Assembly: GCA_016218585.1 (NCBI GenBank)
Contig: JACRDK010000030.1
Coordinates: forward strand, 24,277-88,276
Direction of reading: 5' to 3'
Origin: Candidatus Doudnabacteria bacterium
Lineage (GTDB): Bacteria > Patescibacteriota > Doudnabacteria > UBA920
Length of the DNA: 64,000 bases
The position numbers and the translations under genes were made by a program. The first letter of the stretch is position 1; every line of letters starts with the position of its first letter. The notes beneath the pieces are model-generated. The model searched no databases, had not been told where the DNA came from, and saw only the letters and a program-made list of their open reading frames with translations. Shown piece by piece: positions 49,036 to 57,490 of the stretch.

Positions 49036-49215
49036 CTACCGATGTTCGGTTATGGCGACACACGTGTGTTCACCTATGAGTTTCGAGTAATACATCGCCG
49101 TTACCCGTAACTCCGCGTGTTTGCCGCAAAATTGCGACATCGCTTCGGCGAGAGTTTTACCGCTCCATCTAACTTCCCACACGCCATTACCGTAGTCCTT
49201 CTCGATATAATCCAT
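49036..49215 (-). CDS. 59-aa orphan protein (below the ORF-track cutoff)
   Basis: MDYIEKDYGNGVWEVRWSGKTLAEAMSQFCGKHAELRVTAMYYSKLIGEHTCVAITEHR*, with SD aaggag and a consensus promoter. Confidence 0.7.
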   Translation of the reverse strand: MDYIEKDYGNGVWEVRWSGKTLAEAMSQFCGKHAELRVTAMYYSKLIGEHTCVAITEHR

Positions 49216-49242
49216 TTCCCGCTCCTTTTAGATTTTCATATA

Positions 49243-49271
49243 ATTATAGCATATAATTATAAATCTGTCAA
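49243..49271 (-). promoter_or_regulatory. Sigma70 consensus promoter for the 59-aa ORF
   Basis: Minus strand TTGACA-17 bp-TATAAT with extended TG. Confidence 0.75.
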
Positions 49272-49334
49272 TATGAGGGAAAAGCCCCTTAAAAAATGGG
49301 TAAATCGTGTGTTTAAGGAAAAAATGGAAAAAAT

Positions 49335-49886
49335 ATGCAATTTAATGAAGATAAGCTAATTGAAATAGCAAAACCCTACTTTAATAGAGCCAGGGCAGGT
49401 GATTGGAATCATGCTGTTAGAGTGGTAAAATGGGTAAAAGAACTTGGAAAAGGCAGGGCAGACTTGGATACTTTGGTTACCGCCGCCTATCTTCATGATG
49501 TTGGTTGGTCGAGCGTTGCCCCCAAAGATAAGCTGAACTTAGATGAAATGTTGTTGCTGGAAAATCAGGCAAATAAAAATTCGAGTATAAAAGTAAAAGA
49601 AGTGCTAGGGCAATGTGCTTTTGCGAGCATAGATATTAATTCTGTAATTAGGCTAATTGGAGCGGCTGATAAACACTCATCTGAAAAGGAAGACGAAGCC
49701 ATTATTGTTGATGCTGATAGTTTAAGCAAATTATGCATAGAACATCTTCAAGAAAAGTATCAAAAAAACAGCTTCATAAAAGTGCTAAAACTGTGGGATG
49801 ATGAACTAAAAACCAGAGTAAAGACAGAAAAGGCCAAAGAGTTGTTTCCAAAATTGCTAATTGATTTGAAAGGTAAGTTAATTTAA
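49335..49886 (+). CDS. HD-domain phosphohydrolase
   Basis: HAVRV, AAYLHDVG and IVDADSL motifs. Confidence 0.85.
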   Translation: MQFNEDKLIEIAKPYFNRARAGDWNHAVRVVKWVKELGKGRADLDTLVTAAYLHDVGWSSVAPKDKLNLDEMLLLENQANKNSSIKVKEVLGQCAFASIDINSVIRLIGAADKHSSEKEDEAIIVDADSLSKLCIEHLQEKYQKNSFIKVLKLWDDELKTRVKTEKAKELFPKLLIDLKGKLI

Positions 49887-49933
49887 TATCGTATAAGCCT
49901 AATATGAAAGTTTTTTGACTTCGAGTCATAAAT

Positions 49934-50329
49934 ATGTCAAATGTAATGGAAAAAATAGGTAATGCAGACAATTTAATAAAAGAAGCTAAATCAATTATTG
50001 ATTTGAGGTATAAAAAAGGTGCGCATTCAGTGGGTGCAGCCTTAAGAACAAAATCGGGAAAGATTTACACAGGCATAAGCATAAAAGGTTTAAAGTTGGA
50101 TTTGTGCTCAGAATGGACTGCAATAGGCAGAGCATTTGTTGAAGGAGAAACGGAAATTGAATCTATCGTTGCGGTTCACAGAAAAGAAGATGGAACTTTT
50201 GAATTTTTCCCGCCTTGCGGATTATGCAGAGAGCTGTTAACTAAATATTGTCCCGATGCTTTGGTCATATTTTCAGAAAATGAATTTAAAAAAGCATCAG
50301 ACTTATTGCCGTCAGCCTGGAAAAGATAA
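49934..50329 (+). CDS. Cytidine deaminase family protein (homotetrameric/Bsr-like)
   Basis: VGAAL, CSE, PPCGLCRE and LLP motifs. Confidence 0.88.
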   Translation: MSNVMEKIGNADNLIKEAKSIIDLRYKKGAHSVGAALRTKSGKIYTGISIKGLKLDLCSEWTAIGRAFVEGETEIESIVAVHRKEDGTFEFFPPCGLCRELLTKYCPDALVIFSENEFKKASDLLPSAWKR

Positions 50330-50331
50330 AT

Positions 50332-50979
50332 ATGAATAACATACCAGTTGAACAACTAGCAAAAAAGATATGGGAGTATCATCATCTTAATCACAAACTT
50401 TCAAAGGCAGATTGCATACTAGTTTTGGGGAGTCATGATATTAGGGTTGCTGTTCGGGCCGCAGAATTATTTTTAGAAGGGTATGCGCCATTAATGGTAT
50501 TTTCTGGAGGTTATGGACGACTAACTCAAGGTTTGTGGAATGAACCGGAAGCAATTGTTTTCTCAAAGATTGCTATTGAAATGGGGGTGCCAAAAGATCA
50601 AATAATTATTGAGGATAAATCTACAAACACGGGAGAGAATATAGTATTTACAAAAAAGTTGTTAGAAGAGAAAGGCATAAATCCCAAAACAATCATCTTG
50701 GTTCAAAAGCCGTATATGGAGCGAAGAGCTTACGCAACGTTTAAGAAATTTTGGCCGGAAAAAGATTGCATTGCAACTTCCCAGCAAGTTTCGTTTGATG
50801 ATTATCCGACAAAAGATATTAGTAAGGATGATTTAATTAGCATTTTGGTTGGCGATTTACAGCGAATCAAAACGTATCCGGAAAAAGGTTTTCAAATTCA
50901 TCAGGAAATTCCGGATGACGTATGGAGTGCATATGAACTATTAGTTAAAGCAGGTTACAATAAATACTTAACAAATTAA
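50332..50979 (+). CDS. YdcF/DUF218 family protein
   Basis: LVLGS, FSGG, EDKSTNTGEN and QKPYMERRA motifs. Confidence 0.88.
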   Translation: MNNIPVEQLAKKIWEYHHLNHKLSKADCILVLGSHDIRVAVRAAELFLEGYAPLMVFSGGYGRLTQGLWNEPEAIVFSKIAIEMGVPKDQIIIEDKSTNTGENIVFTKKLLEEKGINPKTIILVQKPYMERRAYATFKKFWPEKDCIATSQQVSFDDYPTKDISKDDLISILVGDLQRIKTYPEKGFQIHQEIPDDVWSAYELLVKAGYNKYLTN

Positions 50980-50999
50980 TTAATTTATAAAGGAAAAAT

Positions 51000-51299
51000 A
51001 TGGGAAACGATTATTTGAAGAGAGAACCAAGCAAAACAGAAAAAATGATTTACGAGCTTGTAATGGCGCAGAACTCTATGGAAAAGGGTTTGTGGTCTAC
51101 TTCCAGCTTAGTTATGGTTTTAGCAATTTTAACCAAGCAAGATCCAAAAGCTATTGCTGAATTAATGGTAAATGGCGACGAAAAATTAAGAGAATTTAGC
51201 GGGAAAATTAACGAAGAAATTAAAAAGTTAGAAGAAGAAAAGCATAAAGGCCACGATCACGCTAAAGAAGAAAAACCAGCCGAAGAAGCCAAGGCCTAA
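51000..51299 (+). CDS. Hypothetical protein
   Basis: 99-aa ORF with SD aagga. Confidence 0.65.
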   Translation: MGNDYLKREPSKTEKMIYELVMAQNSMEKGLWSTSSLVMVLAILTKQDPKAIAELMVNGDEKLREFSGKINEEIKKLEEEKHKGHDHAKEEKPAEEAKA

Positions 51300-51300
51300 C

Positions 51301-51401
51301 CAAAAATTAAACCCACTATATTACTATATTGTAATATAGTGAAAATAAAAAAATTCACAACAAAATTAACAGGCACTCTATTACTCCAGTGTAATAGACT
51401 G
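51301..51401. repeat. Two imperfect ~41-bp direct repeats (60-bp period), each a hairpin
   Basis: cactatattac-tatatt-gtaatatagtg and cactctattac-tccagt-gtaatagactg, each preceded by caaaa(a)ttaa. Confidence 0.7.
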
Positions 51402-51411
51402 ATAAGAAAAT

Positions 51412-51840
51412 ATGGAGCAAGGAAATCAGCAAAGACCAATAGTCGGTATAGGCGTGATGCTTTTTAAAGATGGAAAAATTTTATTGGGTAAAAGAAAGGG
51501 TCATGTTGGTTTTGGCACGTATGGCTGGCCAGGTGGCAAGCAAGAGTTTAAGGAATCTTTTGCAGCTTGTGCCAAGCGAGAGGTTATGGAAGAAGCCGGA
51601 ATCGAAATTAGCGATATAAAATTTTTAAGGCTGATGAACTACATTTCTGAAAACGGAACTCATTTTTGCGATATTCAATTAACTGCTCAATGGTTTTCCG
51701 GAGAGCCTAAAACATTAGAATCAGACAAATGCGAAGGCTGGCAATGGTATAATATAAATAATTTACCCGAGCCGATGTTTGAACCGACGATAACCGCCAT
51801 CGAAGCGTATAAAACAGGAAAAAACTTTTTTGACAACTAA
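51412..51840 (+). CDS. NUDIX hydrolase (MutT/NUDT15-like)
   Basis: PGG...ESF..CAKREVMEEAG Nudix box; ESDKCEGWQW. Confidence 0.92.
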   Translation: MEQGNQQRPIVGIGVMLFKDGKILLGKRKGHVGFGTYGWPGGKQEFKESFAACAKREVMEEAGIEISDIKFLRLMNYISENGTHFCDIQLTAQWFSGEPKTLESDKCEGWQWYNINNLPEPMFEPTITAIEAYKTGKNFFDN

Positions 51841-51842
51841 TT

Positions 51843-52421
51843 ATGAAATACATAATTTTTTCAGGGACAACAGGCTCGGGAAAAGATACTATAATTAACA
51901 GGTTGCATGAAGATTTAAAAAACCTTCAAATTGAGCCAGTTAAAAGAGCTTGGTATTATACAACAAGAAAGGTTGACCGAAAGGGTGAAAACCCTAATAG
52001 GAAAGACAAAATTAGCGATGAGGAATTCAATGAAAAAGTATCAAAGGGTGAAATTATTTTAGATCATAAAAATTCAAATTATCAAGTTGGTTATCCGTCA
52101 GAAATTCTAAACGAAAAGTCAGGAATTATTATATTTAATATAGCTGTGTGGGCGGCAAAGCAACTTCAGGATTATGCTTTACAAAATGATGGACGTGCCG
52201 TAACTATTTTTTTAGATGCTCCTAAGGAACAGCGGATTGGTAGAATTAAACATCGGGATGGGTTGAGCGCTGACGAGTCCGTGATTTTTAAGGTTGAAAA
52301 CGATATAACAAAATCTGAACATGCAACAGGATATAATTTAGTAGTTCAAAATAAAGATGGCGATTTGGAAAAAAATTACGAGATTATTTTAAGTAAGGTT
52401 AAAGAATTTTTAAATGCTTAA
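51843..52421 (+). CDS. Guanylate-kinase-like P-loop NMP kinase
   Basis: SGTTGSGKDT, YYTTR, ISDEEF and IFLDAP motifs. Confidence 0.75.
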   Translation: MKYIIFSGTTGSGKDTIINRLHEDLKNLQIEPVKRAWYYTTRKVDRKGENPNRKDKISDEEFNEKVSKGEIILDHKNSNYQVGYPSEILNEKSGIIIFNIAVWAAKQLQDYALQNDGRAVTIFLDAPKEQRIGRIKHRDGLSADESVIFKVENDITKSEHATGYNLVVQNKDGDLEKNYEIILSKVKEFLNA

Positions 52422-52959
52422 ATTTATTACCGGAAATAAAACAAAGTTTAATGAGGTGCAAGCGGCTCTCGCGCCTATTAAGGTTGAACAAATTAATATA
52501 GATTTACACGAAATTCAAGAAGTTGATCCTAAAAAGATAATTGAACACAAGCTAAAAGAAGCCTTTAATCATTATAAGGGCGAATTTATTATAGATGACA
52601 GCTCTTTATTTTTAAGCTGTTTTAATTACAAGCTTCCCGGCCCGTTGATAAAATGGTTTAATGATTCTATTGGCACAAAAAAGATTTATGAAATGTGCAA
52701 AAAAATGGGTGACCAAAAAGCCAGAGCCACAACCTTTATTGGGTACGCAAAAAGTCCTAAAGAAATTGAATTTTTTGAAGGAACGATGAATGGCAAAATT
52801 ATAAAACCAAAAGGTAAATATAATTTTGGCTACGACCCGATTTTTGTGCCAAACGGCAAAAAAGAAACCCTCTCGCAAATGAAAGCGTCTGGAAATTTTT
52901 TTAGTAGCCCCCGCGGGTTAGCGGTATTAAAGTTGAAAAAATATTTAAGTGTTAAATAG
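52414..52959 (+). CDS. Ham1/RdgB-family non-canonical NTP pyrophosphatase
   Basis: FITGNKTK, EIQ, DDSSL, LPGPLIKW and FGYDPIF; SHR replaced by SPR. Confidence 0.88.
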   Translation: MLKFITGNKTKFNEVQAALAPIKVEQINIDLHEIQEVDPKKIIEHKLKEAFNHYKGEFIIDDSSLFLSCFNYKLPGPLIKWFNDSIGTKKIYEMCKKMGDQKARATTFIGYAKSPKEIEFFEGTMNGKIIKPKGKYNFGYDPIFVPNGKKETLSQMKASGNFFSSPRGLAVLKLKKYLSVK

Positions 52960-52962
52960 AAT

Positions 52963-53562
52963 ATGAAGATTATTATTATTTGTGGTCCTACAGCCTCGGG
53001 CAAAGATTCTGTAATAGATGAAATGTATAGGGAACTAAATCAAGAGTATCCTGGAAAAGTATCACAGGCAACTTACTTTAAAACAAGGGCTGCCAGACCA
53101 CAGGAGAAAATAGACAAATATTTTATTTCTGAAGAAGAGTTTGAGAAAAAAAGAGGTTCAGGGGAAATTCCAGATGAATTTTGGGGAGAGGTAAGTAATT
53201 ATCGCGTGGGGTATTCAATTAATGAGTTTACAAAATCAGAAATTGTTTTAGTAAATATTGATGACAAAAAAGCTAGAAATTTAAAAGAAGTTGCCCAACA
53301 AAGCAACAACGAAGTTCTTTCTATATTTTTACATGCCCCGGAGGAAGTAAGAAAACAAAGATTTATGTCCCGTGAAGGATGGCTAATTTACGAACCTGCT
53401 GAATATAGGTTAAGTCATGATGTCACAGACCCTAATCCTGAAAATCACAAAGATTTTGATCTGATTGTGGAAAATAAAGAAGGTGCGTTGGCGGAAACAA
53501 TGAAGGAAATTATGCCCGCGGTAAAAGAGTTTGTTGAATCAAATAAAACAATTAAAAATTGA
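52963..53562 (+). CDS. Second guanylate-kinase-like P-loop NMP kinase
   Basis: CGPTASGKDS, TRAARPQE, FISEEEF and IFLHAP motifs. Confidence 0.75.
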   Translation: MKIIIICGPTASGKDSVIDEMYRELNQEYPGKVSQATYFKTRAARPQEKIDKYFISEEEFEKKRGSGEIPDEFWGEVSNYRVGYSINEFTKSEIVLVNIDDKKARNLKEVAQQSNNEVLSIFLHAPEEVRKQRFMSREGWLIYEPAEYRLSHDVTDPNPENHKDFDLIVENKEGALAETMKEIMPAVKEFVESNKTIKN

Positions 53563-53567
53563 GATAA

Positions 53568-56168
53568 ATGAAATCAGTTAGACTTTCAAGCCATATAAAG
53601 CCCGAACGATACCGATTGTTTATTAAACCAGATTTAAAGAGGTTTATTTTTGAGGGTGAAGAAACGATTTATCTTAATATTGAAAAACCGGTAAATGAGA
53701 TTACACTTCATACTAAAGAGCTTAAAATTTTGCAGGCAAAATTTAGAATCAAAAATTATGAATTAAGAATTAAGAATAGGGACATACGGTACAACGAGCA
53801 GAATCAAACCGTAACATTTAAGTTAAAACAAACAGTTAAAGCGGGGAAAGGGGAGTTGTCTTTAAAGTTTACCGGCATTTTAAACGATAAAATGAGAGGT
53901 TTTTACAGAAGCCAGTATAAGTCCAAAAACCAGCAAAAACACCTTGCTACAACGCAATTTGAGGCCACAGATGCACGCAGGGCTTTCCCATGCTTTGACG
54001 AGCCCAGCGCCAAGGCTATTTTTGACGTCACCTTAATGGTTCCAAAAAAGTTAGCTGTGGTTTCCAACACAATTGAATCTGAAGTTTTAGAGCACCAAGG
54101 TGAATATAAAACCGTTAAGTTCGCGCCAACGCCAAAAATGTCTACCTATTTATTAGCGTTCATTGTTGGCGACTTGGAATATATTGAAGGCAGAACGCGG
54201 AACAGCGCGGAAAAGGCCGGCAGCGCGGAACAGCGCGGAAAAAATACAAATTCCGGTACGCTAGTTAGAGTCTTTACCACGCCGGGCAAAAAGCACCAGG
54301 CAAAATTCGCGCTCGACACCGCAATCCGCTGCTTGGAATTTTATAACAGCTATTTTGATATTCCATATCCGCTGCCGGTTTTGGATTTAATTGCCATTCC
54401 GGATTTTAACAGCGCCGCTATGGAAAATTGGGGCGCGATAACTTACCGCGAGTCAGCCTTGCTGATTGACGAAAAGAATTCATCTCTGTCTTCTAAACAG
54501 TGGGTGGCAATTGTAATTGCCCACGAAATTGCGCACCAATGGTTTGGCAATTTGGTAACAATGGAGTGGTGGACGCATTTGTGGCTAAACGAAGGCTTTG
54601 CTTCCTATATGGAATATTTATGCACCGACAAATTATTCCCGCAATGGAATATGTGGGAGCAATATGTGGCGCAAAGATTCAACACCGCGCTGGAACTGGA
54701 CTCGCTTACCAACACCCATCCAATTGAAGTTGAGGTTCACCACCCGGAGGAGATTAGCGAAATTTTTGACGCGGTGTCTTATGCTAAAGGTTCGGTAGTT
54801 ATCCGCATGCTGGCAGAATATTTGGGCGAGAAAACTTTTCGCGACGGTTTAAGATATTATTTAAAAAAACATTCCTACCAAAATGCTTCAACCATACATT
54901 TGTGGGAAGCGTTTGAAAAAGTTTCCGGAAAACCGGTAAAAAAGTTAATGCTTAATTGGACTTCCGCGCCCGGATATCCGCTAGTTCGAGTTGTGGAAAA
55001 AGAAAAGCAGTTAGTATTAATGCAGTCTCGCTTTTATTCCAGCGCGATTTCCAAAGCATCGTCTACAGACAAAACCATTTGGCAAATTCCTGTTACCATT
55101 AAAAACGGCAAAAAAATTTCCAAACATTTATTGGGGGCGAAGTCAATTAAAATTCCTAAAACCTCCAAAACCTGGATTAAATTAAACGCCGGGGAAACTT
55201 CGTTTTTTAGAACCGATTATCCGGCGCAAATGCTTGGCGCTTTGAGCAATGGGTTGCCCCAGCTTTCAGCCATAGACAGGCTTGGCGTGGTAAGGGATGC
55301 GTTTACTTTGTCCGAGTCGGGAGATTTACCCGCCACGCAAGCTTTGGAGTTGGTTAAACATTTTAAAAATGAAAAAGACTACAATGCCTGGCTAATGATT
55401 TGTTTTGGCCTTGGGAACATTGGCGGCCTGGCCCGCAACTTAAAATCTTACCCGCTCTATGAAAAGTTCGCTTTAGGAATAATTCAAAATATTTTGCAGA
55501 CGGTCGGGGTCAAAGAGGCAAAAGGCGAAACCGGCGCCCAGGTGCTTTTGCGCAGCTTAATTTTGCAGCAAGCGGTAAAATGGGGCGATAAAAAAACAGT
55601 TGCCTGGGCTTTGGCGCAATTTAACAAAAACTCTCCGGTCCCCGTAAATTTGCGTTCTGTTGTTTATTTTGCCGCCGCCCAGTTTGGTTCAAGCAAGGAG
55701 CATGCAAAGTTAGTTAAAATGTACACCCAAGAGGAGATGCAGGAAGAAAAAGACCGAATAGGCAGAAGCCTGGCGCATTTTAAAAATCCGGAATTATTAA
55801 AAAAGACTTTGGCCTTTGCTTTAAGCAAACAGGTAAGAGACCAGGACGCGCCGTTTATTATTGCCGCGGTTTTCCGCAACTGGGCAGGAAGCGCCATTGC
55901 CTTGGATTTTGTTAAAAAGCATTGGGGTGAGCTGCTTAAGCGCTACGCTTCTGGCTTGAGCATGATTTCCAGAATAATCGGCACAATGGATAATTTTTAC
56001 TCGGAAGAAAAAGCAAAAGAAATAGAAAAGTTTTTTAAAGCACATAAAGCTCCAGGAGCGAAGCGTTCTATTAAACAAACCTTGGAAAAAATTCGCTCAC
56101 AGGCGGCCTGGCTTAAGCGCGACGGCAAACCATTGGACAACTGGTTATTAAAACAAAATGAAAAATAA
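53568..56168 (+). CDS. pepN: M1 family aminopeptidase
   Basis: TQFEATDARRAFPCFDEP, AMENWG, HEIAHQW...LNEGFA and YAKG motifs. Confidence 0.95.
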   Translation: MKSVRLSSHIKPERYRLFIKPDLKRFIFEGEETIYLNIEKPVNEITLHTKELKILQAKFRIKNYELRIKNRDIRYNEQNQTVTFKLKQTVKAGKGELSLKFTGILNDKMRGFYRSQYKSKNQQKHLATTQFEATDARRAFPCFDEPSAKAIFDVTLMVPKKLAVVSNTIESEVLEHQGEYKTVKFAPTPKMSTYLLAFIVGDLEYIEGRTRNSAEKAGSAEQRGKNTNSGTLVRVFTTPGKKHQAKFALDTAIRCLEFYNSYFDIPYPLPVLDLIAIPDFNSAAMENWGAITYRESALLIDEKNSSLSSKQWVAIVIAHEIAHQWFGNLVTMEWWTHLWLNEGFASYMEYLCTDKLFPQWNMWEQYVAQRFNTALELDSLTNTHPIEVEVHHPEEISEIFDAVSYAKGSVVIRMLAEYLGEKTFRDGLRYYLKKHSYQNASTIHLWEAFEKVSGKPVKKLMLNWTSAPGYPLVRVVEKEKQLVLMQSRFYSSAISKASSTDKTIWQIPVTIKNGKKISKHLLGAKSIKIPKTSKTWIKLNAGETSFFRTDYPAQMLGALSNGLPQLSAIDRLGVVRDAFTLSESGDLPATQALELVKHFKNEKDYNAWLMICFGLGNIGGLARNLKSYPLYEKFALGIIQNILQTVGVKEAKGETGAQVLLRSLILQQAVKWGDKKTVAWALAQFNKNSPVPVNLRSVVYFAAAQFGSSKEHAKLVKMYTQEEMQEEKDRIGRSLAHFKNPELLKKTLAFALSKQVRDQDAPFIIAAVFRNWAGSAIALDFVKKHWGELLKRYASGLSMISRIIGTMDNFYSEEKAKEIEKFFKAHKAPGAKRSIKQTLEKIRSQAAWLKRDGKPLDNWLLKQNEK

Positions 56169-56748
56169 GCTTACAATTTTTTTGCTGGTAATTTTTGGGG
56201 TTTTGCCGTCACTGGCTAAAGCCCAGGTTTCTGCCGCGGACTCAGACGGAGACGGTTTAACCGACGCGCAGGAAACAAATATTTATCACACCAATCCCCA
56301 AAATCCGGACACTGATAATGACGGTTTTTTAGACGGAGATGAAATAAAATATAATTACGATCCAAATAAAAATTCCGAAGACAAATTACAAAAGAAAATT
56401 TTTATAGCATTAGCCGATCAAAGCCTGAGCTATCGCCTCGGCGATTACATTGTTGGCAGCATAAAAATTTCCAGCGGTTTGCCGGCCACGCCGACGCCAA
56501 CGGGAAGTTTTGAAATTGAATCTAAGAAGCCTTTGGTGGATTACATTGGAGCTGATTACAATTTTAAAAACACCCGCTGGAATATGCTGTTTAAAAAACA
56601 CTCGCCTTTGAATTACTACATTCACGGGGCTTTTTGGCATAACAATTTTGGCCAGCCAATGAGCCATGGGTGCATTAATGTTTCTTATAAAGACATTGAG
56701 CCGCTGTATAACTGGGCGGATGTCGGAACTCAGGTAATCATCCAGTAA
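56158..56748 (+). CDS. L,D-transpeptidase (YkuD) with TSP3-like Ca-binding repeat
   Basis: DSDGDGLTD, TPTG and IHG...SHGCIN motifs. Confidence 0.9.
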   Translation: MKNKLTIFLLVIFGVLPSLAKAQVSAADSDGDGLTDAQETNIYHTNPQNPDTDNDGFLDGDEIKYNYDPNKNSEDKLQKKIFIALADQSLSYRLGDYIVGSIKISSGLPATPTPTGSFEIESKKPLVDYIGADYNFKNTRWNMLFKKHSPLNYYIHGAFWHNNFGQPMSHGCINVSYKDIEPLYNWADVGTQVIIQ

Positions 56749-56752
56749 TTAA

Positions 56753-57448
56753 ATGAATATTCAATTTAAAATTTTTAAAAACTTTCCCGAAGTTCGCTGC
56801 GGCTTGTCGCAAAAAGTAGACGGCAGTATGGGTTTGTCGTCCCAAAAAATGTCCGGCAATTTTAAAACCTTTTTTCGCAAGCAGGGGATTAGCCCCGACC
56901 AGGTTGTCCGCGCGGGGTTGGAGCATAAAGACCGGGTTGCTAAATCGGGCCCGGATAGCGCGGGAAAAACCATACCTCACTGCGACGCCCTTCATACAAC
57001 AGAAAAGAATCTTTGCCTTAGCGTAACCGTTGCCGATTGTTATCCAATTTATTTTTTTAATCCCGAAAACGGAAAAGTCGCCATTGCACACAGCGGTTGG
57101 AAAGGCTGCGTAAGCGGATTATTGCCGGCTTTGGTTAAAACTTTATCAACCAATCCGGAAAGGCTGCTTGTAGGAGTTGGCCCGGGAATCGGACCGTGTC
57201 ATTTTGAAATTCAAAATGATATTTTGTCGGAGTTTAATAACTTTTCCAGCGCGGTTAGTTTTAAAGACGGAAAAATATTTGTTGATTTGCCAAAAATTAT
57301 TAGAATTCAGTTAGAAAAAGCCGGCGTCTTGGCCGAAAATATTGAATTTTTTAACGAATGCACTGCTTGCTTGCCCGGAAGCTATTTTTCCTATCGCCGG
57401 GACAAACCAAAAGAGCTGGAAACCATGGTGGCATATATTTATCTTTAA
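56753..57448 (+). CDS. pgeF: PgeF/YfiH-family purine nucleoside phosphorylase
   Basis: VADCYP, AHSGWKG, GPGIGPC, CTAC and FSYRR motifs. Confidence 0.88.
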   Translation: MNIQFKIFKNFPEVRCGLSQKVDGSMGLSSQKMSGNFKTFFRKQGISPDQVVRAGLEHKDRVAKSGPDSAGKTIPHCDALHTTEKNLCLSVTVADCYPIYFFNPENGKVAIAHSGWKGCVSGLLPALVKTLSTNPERLLVGVGPGIGPCHFEIQNDILSEFNNFSSAVSFKDGKIFVDLPKIIRIQLEKAGVLAENIEFFNECTACLPGSYFSYRRDKPKELETMVAYIYL

Positions 57449-57490
57449 TTTTTTGTTAAAATTAAATCAAAGTAATTTGATTTTAAAGCT

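Noticed and set aside
49117-49359. Plus-strand 80-aa ORF
   Set aside because: Overlaps the better-supported minus-strand 59-aa gene and its promoter
51301-51401. CRISPR array
   Set aside because: Only two degenerate units, an AT-rich 'spacer' and no cas genes; no regular repeat-spacer array was seen anywhere in the window
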